This document shows, one piece after another, positions 54,353 to 64,000 of a stretch of DNA of 64,000 nucleotides; the first letter of the stretch is position 1, and each line of letters opens with the position of its first letter. The notes beneath the pieces were generated by a model. It saw only the letters and a program-made list of their open reading frames with translations. It had not been told where the DNA came from and did no database searches. The translations under genes and the position numbers were made by a program. Source of the DNA: Octopus vulgaris (taxonomy: Eukaryota); the NCBI GenBank assembly GCA_951406725.2, contig OX597818.1:20398001-20462000 (forward strand). Direction: 5' to 3'.

Positions 54353-54616
54353 TAGTAGTTCTCAACCGGGGCTCATATGGCCCTTGGGGGGCGGGTCCAT
54401 ATAATACTTTGTTGTTAAAATCTATCTGCAATAGATTGGTTATACTTCTACAATACACAAAAGGTTTTAATATTTTTTTAAATACAACCTCTAATAATAT
54501 TTAATCATAAAAATGTAACACGATTCTTTTGAACATCGAATGGCTTGGAGGTTTCACCTAAGTAAAATAGTGATCAAAGAGGGTTCATAGGTAAAAAAAA
54601 TGGTTGAGAAACACTG
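54353..54616. mobile_element. hAT (Charlie-like) MITE
   Basis: TAGTAGTTCTCAACC...GGTTGAGAAACACTG, with an 8-bp TSD GTCTAAGC/CTCTAAGC. Confidence 0.78.
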
Positions 54617-55494
54617 CTCTAAGCGATCGATGAATCTGTGAAAATAGCAGCCAAACCTTCCTCAATAATACCCAATTGTGGGTTTTTTTTGCAAAAAGAA
54701 AGAACACATTAAGTAGTGTATTTAGTCCTAGATAAGCTGTCATGTCAAGTTCATGACTGAATTACCTTTGATCATATATTAAGATCTGGTTCAGGGCAAC
54801 ATGTACAACGAAAACCAATATTAACATCAACACCATCGCCTCTGTAACTATTTACATCATTAACGTTATCAGCGCCAACGTACCATCGACTAAATTACCG
54901 CCATGACAACTCCTACCGTCACAGCTACCACTAAAAGCGGAAATAGCAAACACCACCTACTCCGTCGCCAGCACCATTATATGCAAAAACACCAAACCAC
55001 CAACGGAGACAGAAAGAATGCAATGACGTCACATGTCGTCCCAAGGAACTGGCAGTTCTGTCACCAATTCGCCAAAAGCTAGTCAGTCAATGTTATAACA
55101 CTAGCATTGTTGGCATGTCTGGTATGTATGTGTGTATGTCAGTTTGTATGTATGTATGTATGTATGTATGTATGTATGTATGCATGCATGCATGTATGCA
55201 TGTATGTATGTAGGTAGGTGTGCGCATGCACGTCAAACATCTATTTTTAATTTATAGAAAGCTATTAATACACATATAGACTAATAAACAATTAGATAGA
55301 TAGCTAGAAGTATATATTGGTATGTATTGATATAATTATAGAACCTATAGGCATGTGTATAATATCTGTACATAAAGGATATGCACACTCACAAACACGT
55401 GTGTGTGTGTATGTGTCTGTGTCTGTGTGTGTCTGTGTGTGTATGTGTCACATTCCTTCACAGAATTCAAGCTGGTCGCTGACAAAGTTACAAT

Positions 55495-55846
55495 ACTTTT
55501 GTCCGAGTAAAAGCAGTACCGCCTTGGAGGTGTTTTTTAGTCGAATAAATCGATCCCGGGACTTATTTCTTAAGCCTATTCTATGGTTATCCTTTGGTTA
55601 TCCTTTGCCGAACCGCTAAGTTACGGGAACGTAAACACACCAACACTGGTTAACAAGCGGTGTTGGGAATCAAATGCACACACACACACAATTATACATA
55701 TATATGACCTGATTCTTTCAGTTTCTGTCTACCAAATCCACTCACAGAGCTTTGGTCGGGGCCCGAGGCTATAGCAGAAGACACTTGCCCTAGGTGCCAC
55801 GCAATGGGACTGAATCCAGGGTCATGTGGTTGGTAAGCAAGCTTCT

Positions 55847-55850
<4 letters not shown>
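55495..55850 (-). mobile_element. Family B SINE
   Basis: Reverse complement of the family B body. Confidence 0.75.
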
Positions 55851-55915
<65 letters not shown>

Positions 55916-56168
55916 CACACACGCATGCACACATACATGGTGGTGGCTGCCCCCTCGTTATCGAGAGTATGGCCATTGCACGAAGCTTAATCAATGTTGT
56001 TATCGTGCAATGTCTGTGCAAGAAGACTTTTTTTTAAGTGAGGAAAGGCTGTGCACTGAGTCAATCCCACTCACTAAGCAACATCAGCCATAATCCGAAA
56101 AGAAGAACAAGTCAACATCATCGGTAACCACTGAGCCGCAGGTTTTATGTCGGAGTTATCCCAGTTAC

Positions 56169-56403
56169 CTATTTCTTTACTACCCACAAGGGGCTAAACA
56201 TAGAGGGTACAAACAAGTCCAGACAAACGGATTAAGTCGATTATATCGACCCCAGTGCGTAACTGGTACTTATTTAATCGACCCCCGAAAGGATGAAAGG
56301 CAAAGTCGACCTCGGCGGAATTTGAACTCAGAACGTAACGGTAGACGAAATACCGCTAAGCATTTCGCCCGGCGTGCTAACGTTTCTGCCAGCTCGCCGC
56401 CTT
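56169..56403 (-). mobile_element. Young family A SINE with target-site duplication
   Basis: Full length; TTATCCCAGTTACCT is present on both sides (56156-56170 and 56404-56418). Confidence 0.9.
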
Positions 56404-56568
56404 TTATCCCAGTTACCTGAGTTACCCTCTCCTAGAAGGATGCCCTAACAGATGCTAGGAGTCCTTCACTCCCAATGGTTTAACCGCGCGATCGGGTATT
56501 CATATATACATACATTCTCAGCACTTCATCCCAATATAGGCTTATAGATATATAATTACAAGCACAAA

Positions 56569-56645
<77 letters not shown>

Positions 56646-57429
56646 ACTCATATAGAACTAGATGCGTTACAGTAGTCGCCATGAATGTAACACCATTTGT
56701 CCTGTAAAGGTTACGTTTTAAATTGATTACCATACTTTCTCCATGGTATATATGGCTTGCACCTTGACTCTTCCGTTTGTATGTGCGTAATTATATACAT
56801 AATCAGCGGTTAGCACTGTAAGTTTAGAGTTACTCAAAGACAGTTTTAGTATTGAGATCTTTATAGAGTTCTTTAAGTTTGTTATATATATGTTCCATTT
56901 GTGTATGCCCGTATGTATTGAAGTATACATATGCGTATGAATGTATGCGTTTATGTATGTTTATACATATACATATGTGGTTGTGTGGTAAGAAGTTTGC
57001 TTCGGTTAGAAAACTTCAAGAAATTTAAAAAGAAAGGCCGGAGGGAAGGGATTCTATCCTGCACTGACGACCCTGGCTGGTCTTCGCAGGTGGCTGCGGA
57101 GGTCTTATGGGAGACCGACTTGTACAAGGTAATGAACTCCTTCCTCGAGGATACATTTAGATTTATGTTGAAGTGGCCCGACTTGGCACCGTTCAGGTAC
57201 TTGAATGACGCGAGGTGCCTGGTTGGGCATGAAAGTTCATAATCTGGAAATAAATTAAGAGGCTTAGTGCCTCATTTTGTTTTTGTTATTGAATATTTTG
57301 AACAATGTAAGAGGTTTGTTGCTTCATGAATGTATTATAAAAATCAATGTTCTCAGGTAAACAGCGATCGGCGGGCGTCGCTTGTTGCCTTCATTAAATC
57401 ATCATTTTCATTTTTCATTTCATATAACA

Positions 57430-57827
57430 CTAGCAGTATCGCCCGGCGTTGCTCAGGTTTGTAAGGGAAATAACTATATAAGCATTTTTAGAGAGTTATA
57501 GCCAAAAGATAGCAAAAAAAATGCATTAAAAATGGAAAAAAAATGATGGTAATTTTTTTTAAAAATCGTTGACACATCGTAGACATTTTTAGAGAGTTAC
57601 TTCCCTTATATAATAGCGAAAAAATGCATTAAAATGGAAAAAAATTATGGTAATTTTTTTTTAAATCGTAGACTCATCTTAGACGCGCGCTAATACCCAG
57701 AAGGGCTCGATATGAATCACGACTATAAGATACCCGGTTTTGGTTAAACTGCACCGCAAAATGTGGGAGTAGTTAGGAATCTAAATCGTAGGAGACAGAC
57801 ACACAACTTGACTTTTATATATAAAGA
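57430..57827 (-). mobile_element. Non-autonomous Helitron, same family as 27258-27770
   Basis: Shared 5' and 3' ends with A|TC...CTAG|T. An internal tandem duplication replaces the middle. Confidence 0.8.
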
Positions 57828-58032
57828 TTATGTCTATGTCCAACCCGCAGCTGCCTTTCTGTATGTAAGGCCTTTATGGCCAATATAATGAATAAGGAAG
57901 CTTGCTTTCGGTTGAAGACTTCGGTCGTGTTTTTCTTTTTTTTTTTTTTTTTGCGCTCTGTGAGTTGTCATCTTTATTGTTGAAACTCAGTTATTTATTG
58001 TAAACTGTTGTTGAAAATTGTTATTGTAAACT

Positions 58033-58125
58033 GTTGCCGAACTGCTAAGTTACGAGGACGTAAACACACCAGCATCGTTTGTAAGCGATGTTGGGGGGCG
58101 GGGGACAAACACAGACACAGACACA

Positions 58126-58172
<47 letters not shown>

Positions 58173-58362
58173 CTATATATATATACGACGGGCTTCTTTC
58201 AGTTTCCGTCAACCAAATCCACTCACAAGGCTTTGGTCGACCCGAGGCTATAGAAGACACTTACCCAAGGTGTCACGCAGTGGGAATGAACCCGGAACCA
58301 TGTGGTTGGGAAGCAAGTTTCTCACCAAACAGTCACTCCTGCCCCTCCACACAACCACTCCT
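58033..58362 (-). mobile_element. Family B SINE
   Basis: Reverse complement of the family B body, with an internal (CA)n. Confidence 0.78.
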
Positions 58363-58465
58363 GTATATATATATGTGTGTGTGTGTGTATGTATATATGA
58401 GGGTATATATATATGTTTGTATTTATATGTATATATATGTACATATACATATATTTCTGTATGTG

Positions 58466-58511
<46 letters not shown>

Positions 58512-58929
58512 AAAATATGAATGCATATATGTGTTGCGTAATTGCAATTACCCGTACGCAATCATATATATTCAATCCTCATTCATAGCTGTTGCAAAAA
58601 AAGCCTCATGGGATCTAATTTCACAGTATGATTAAATATGTACCACTATGACTCAGTGCGCGCGCGTTTTGTCGTTGTTGTTGTTCCTGTGTGTGCGTGT
58701 GTGTGTGTGTAAACTCACACCGTATTGGTACTCAAGTAATTATTGTCCAGCTCTCTACTTTGTAAATTTGTTTGTGCCTCGGTACATGTTTATTTATATC
58801 TTAATAACTAACCTTGGCAGTTTCGGTGGAGGAGAGGTGAGCGTTTCCTGGCCAGTTGTCTCTTCTGTTCTCGTCTAAAGTTAGCGACAAGTCCCTCGTG
58901 GGACTCAATTTCATAGTTTGACTAAATAC

Positions 58930-59435
<506 letters not shown>

Positions 59436-59784
59436 ATGTAGCAATTTTCTTTCCTTGGTGAGTACAGTTAAACTTTGATTATATGAACTTTGGATTATTC
59501 GAGTTTCGGATTTTCCGAACAACATCGCAAAGATAAGAAAGTATTTAAGTAGCTATATTGCGTGTGACGCGAATTTGAGAATAATACTTGTGGTACACAT
59601 TCGACGAAAAGCGAACAGGAATTACAAAAGTAAACATCGAAGAGATATGCTCTGGAGGCTGGTTCGACGGTCGCATCTTTTGCTGTCTCGAAGTGCCACT
59701 TGTCTATCAACCCGCTATTTCACAGGTGCAGACACTGACAAATACGAGCCGCTACCAGAGCCATATTAGAAGTATTATAGAACC

Positions 59785-60100
59785 CCAGCGTGGATGAGTG
59801 GTTGGAGTACGCGGCTCACGATTGTAAGGCCGTAAGTTCGATTCCTAGTTGCGCTTTGTGTTTCTTGAGCGAGACACTTTATTTCACATTGCTCAAGTTC
59901 ACTCAGCTAGCAAAAATGAACAGTACCTGTATTTCAATGGGCCAGCCCTGTCACATTCTGTGTCACGATCGTTCTCCCTGAGGACTACGTTTAAGAGTAC
60001 GCGTGTTTGTGGAGTGCTCAGCCACATGTACGCTAATTTCACGAGGAGGCTGTCTCGCTGATTGGATCAATTGGACCACTCGGCGTCGTAAGCGACTAAG
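59785..60100 (+). mobile_element. Family C SINE, diverged
   Basis: A-box-like TGGATGAGTGG and B-box GTTCGATTCC; the body is homologous to 38634-38983. Confidence 0.7.
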
Positions 60101-60329
60101 AGACAGTTATTATATGACACCAAACAAATCAATGCAGTGAGCCCTTATAGTATATATTTATTAACCGACGCCACAGCATACATATAATAGTATTGGGCCT
60201 CTAGATTCTTGAGGCCCTTGGATAACTATCCAAGACGGCAGTGACCATTACCACCCTTACCTTCACTCCGCAAAACAAAGAAGAAAAAACAACATATTAA
60301 TGAAATGGTTTGTCGCTATTTCTTTATTA

Positions 60330-60780
60330 ATGAGAACGAGATGATCTCTTTCAACGCAGCCAAAGTTGATTCTATTGGTACATAAGACTAAGAACAGTAG
60401 CCTCAGCAGTCTGCTGTTCCTTTTGCCTTTTCATTCCAGCTTTTCCATCTCTACTGGACCGAAGGCCCTGCAATGTATTTTCGTTCCACTTGTGTAGTAG
60501 CTGGCCTTTCTATTCTCAACGATCCTGCCTCAAGCTTTTCTTTCGGTACCCATTACAGAGAACAACTCAGCAATCATTTTGTTGTCTTGTGGAGTCATGA
60601 GGACTTGCATTTTCCAGAGCGACCCCATTGACCACATATCACCCAAAATCCCGTCAGCGGTGACCAGCTTCCCAAGGTGACCACGAGCCAATGGGGATCA
60701 ACATTGTCATTGATGCTTTTCGTGGCGACGCTCGTGTCCTGTCGTCCCAAATACCGTGATACTAGTCTTTAGGCAGATGG
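60330..60780 (-). mobile_element. Possible RTE-like LINE 3' remnant
   Basis: GC-richer block whose minus-strand translation weakly resembles RTE ORF C-termini. Weak support. Confidence 0.3.
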
Positions 60781-61394
60781 GAATTTGCCACCTCTTCAGT
60801 TAAAAATAAAAATGAACATATGTTATGTCTTCCCTCTTTCGTTTTATAAGACATCACTGCACGTGGGTGAATGCTTCCCCCAGTTCTTCTTTTAGAGAGC
60901 ACAATAAAACCCTCTGCAGTCTTAGCAATACTCAGCTAGATCACCTTCTTTCTCTCTTATGCGTTGTGTAACAACATTACGGGGAAATGCACTGTTTTTA
61001 CAATATAAGTCTGCCAGGTGGTCTTCTTTCGTAGAAATATTCCATGTTTAGCATTCATCAATTGGAATTTATGTTTGCACAACACAAAACTACTCCTTCA
61101 CTAAAATTTTCATCGCTTGTTTTATTTAACAAAGATTATGTGAGGAGTGTTGTTATTGCTATTGCTGCTGTTTGCCTTTTTGGTTCGAATATTTAAGTCA
61201 ATATTATCACTGTTATTTGACACAAAGTTGTTATTTTTCTCCGTGTGTGTCTGTTTGTTCGGTATTGTTAGCCGCCTTCTTTTTTTACTGTTTTCCTTTT
61301 ATATATATGTATTTTTTAATAGGTTCTAATATTTTCTTTCTGTAACTGAGTTGTATATTTTATATTTTATATGTTATATTAGTGCTACCACTTA

Positions 61395-61822
61395 AGGCGG
61401 TGAGCTGGCAGAATCGTTAACAGACCGGGCAAAATGCTTAGCGACATTTCGTCCGTCTTTACGTTCTGAGTTCAAATTCCGCCGAGGCCACTTTGCTTTT
61501 CATCCTTTTGTGAACAATTATATAAATACCAGTTGATCACTGGGTAGATGTAATTGACTTACATTCACCCCGAATTGTTGGCCTTGAAACCATATCAGTG
61601 ATACTATTTAAGGCGGCGAGCTGGCAGAATCGTTAGCAAGCCGGACAAGATGCTTAGCAGTATTTCGTCAGGCTTTACGCTCTGAGTTCAAATTCCGCCT
61701 AGATCGACTTTGCTTCTCATCCTTTCGGAGACTATAAAATAAATACCAGTTGAGCACTGGGGTCGATGCAATCGACTTACTTCTTGCCACGAAATCGCTG
61801 GCCATGTGTTAAAATTTGAAAT
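61395..61822 (+). mobile_element. Two tandem older family A SINEs
   Basis: AAGGCGG(T/C)GAGCTGGCAGAATCG heads at ~61395 and ~61610. Confidence 0.8.
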
Positions 61823-62006
61823 CATATTTGTGCATATTTCCATCAATGGTGTACTAAGCCACAGATTTTGGAAAAGAATCTAGTTGATAATGTAAAACCC
61901 AGCGGGATTTTAACTCTGTACTTGAAGAGACATAATATCACAAGAGATTGTGTTCATCACTTCACTGATTCTACTATCCAGCTTTCTGCTGCTGCTGCTG
62001 CTGATG

Positions 62007-62037
<31 letters not shown>

Positions 62038-64000
62038 TGATGATGATGATGATGATGATTTCTGTTAAGGGCACAGTCCAACAAATTGTATGTGTATTCG
62101 TGGGCGTGCGAAGGAGGAGGTATCGATCATATCGATACCTTATACGTAACTGGTTCTTTCTTCAGTTGACTCGGAAAGAATGAAAGCAAAGTTGACCCCC
62201 GAGAGGATTTGAACTTGGAACGTATAGATAAGTAACTAGATATCACAAGGTATTTTATTGGTCACTTTACGGATTCTCTGACATCCTACATCTGGGACGG
62301 TGCTGCCACTATTTATTATGCACCAAAAACACCCCAAAATAAATCCAAATGATGGCCACCCAAATGACTGGCTGTGATGCAATCTAACATTTTTTAACCA
62401 TTAGATTACAGACAAGATGTCTCCTTTCTGTTTTTTCCTACCGCTAATACGACGGTCACTGTTTCTCTAAGCATTTTAGTTGCATACCACCACCTACGTC
62501 CAGGCTTATTCGTACACTCGACCTAACGAGGGACGCTCTACACAATTACTCAACAAATATTGTACAACCATCACTCAAAAGCGAGCCTAACTTGGTAACA
62601 AGTAATATGCTTGCGTTAATTGTTTAAGATGTCAATGTTATCGCGAACAGACATAAACACGGTGTCTACCCACTCAACTTTGGCCCAACGAGCATCCAGG
62701 ATGAGACAGTTAGAGGGAGAAGGAGCTGCATCACCACCCAGCTGGTACTCGTTACATCTGAAGCAAACTGGATCAACGTGAAATGAAGTGTCATGACCAA
62801 CTATACATCGCGCCACCCAGTTCAGAAACTGAATCTGCGATTTTATGAATATGAGCAGAATCACTCAAATTACTAGAAAAAGCAACCAAATTCCTCTCAA
62901 ATTGTACCCAACCATCTCAGCAAATGTCAAGTGATAATGCAGTCTAAATGCATTGTATCAATAACACATTTAAAGGTTATGGCTGGAATAACTTTGATCA
63001 TAATCTGCTCCATCATGACTGACCCAGGGCTAAACAACATAAACAGGCAAAATATCTGTGTGTCTTCCGCTGGTTACTTATACTGCTGTGTCTTGCGAGC
63101 GCCAAGAACTGCACTAACCACTTTACTCAGTTCTCTCTCTCACCCAGAACTGTAAATCCACCTTTTTTTTTCTCCCTCCTGCAAGCGTCGACATACAGAC
63201 ATTCAAACTGAACGTCAATTCTATCACTCCCACCAGTCATGAGCCAGTGAAAATCAAGGGTATATGTTCTTCCCTCTGACAAAAAGAACAACAACAAAAA
63301 ACAAAAAACGAAAAAAAGACAAATGTGATGAAAAAGAAAAACCAACATAAACCAAAACTGTTTATGCGTGGAGCGTGTGATAAAGTCGCTTATATCACCA
63401 ACATAGAGCAACAAGAAAGTGATTGTAGCGGTAGATGAACCGGAAGTGAGTTGGCACGACCTTATAAGCTTATTCCCTAATTGAATAACTTATAAAAATA
63501 AACGATGACATAGGAGATAACAATAACCATGACGAGGATAATGGTGACAACCACCACGACCGTAATAATAATATAGATAATCTTTTATTGTATTTTCACA
63601 TGGGTGCTTGGTAGATGAGGGAACATTTCATAGATAGGTTACAAGAAGTAGGGAAAGTTTACGCAGAAACTGGATGAATGAGAGAAAAACAAGTACATGC
63701 TCGGTAGTGTTTTTCTAGATCCAGCTCTGTCCCACGGTAGTATTTCCAGGACAAGGTGTTTTTGAAAGTTATCAGTAATTTCTGGAAGTTATTTTAGTTC
63801 CCGCCAGTGTCGCCAGATTAAACTCATATAACAGGCTACATATCTTTTCCGGACTGCGCTATACATTTATTTTTCATTTGAGCTACTTACTACATTAAAT
63901 TGTTGATTTTTTTTTTTTTTATGTAAGAATGCATATGAAATTATCGACTAACAAAATTATCACTAACCTAGAGGTAATTCCAGCAAATATTTTCATTTAC

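Noticed and set aside
60821-60976. Short TG...CA solo LTR
   Set aside because: Very short, with no TSD or primer-binding-site evidence.

Overview
Eukaryotic, AT-rich, repeat-dominated non-coding DNA. The SINE repertoire and very dense microsatellites suggest a cephalopod (Octopus-like) genome; this is an inference. No intact host gene is evident, and nearly all listed ORFs are translations of microsatellites or SINEs. Recognisable content: several tRNA-derived SINE families, a Helitron helicase remnant and non-autonomous Helitrons, a decayed Tc1 element with terminal inverted repeats (TIRs), hAT and Tc1 MITEs, and fragments of L1/Tx1-, RTE-, CR1-group, R4/NeSL-like and Penelope-like (PLE) retroelements. 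The main unexplained signal is RNA structure. Type I hammerhead ribozyme (HHR) motifs of unrelated sequence occur at six loci (eight copies, counting mirror images). Several have palindromic stem III and sit in long inverted repeats next to (TA)n arrays. Separately, three copies of a pseudoknotted CUGANGA-containing motif keep the same helix arrangement despite divergent sequence, making it a candidate rearranged or new self-cleaving RNA. All folds were derived by eye and no activity has been tested.
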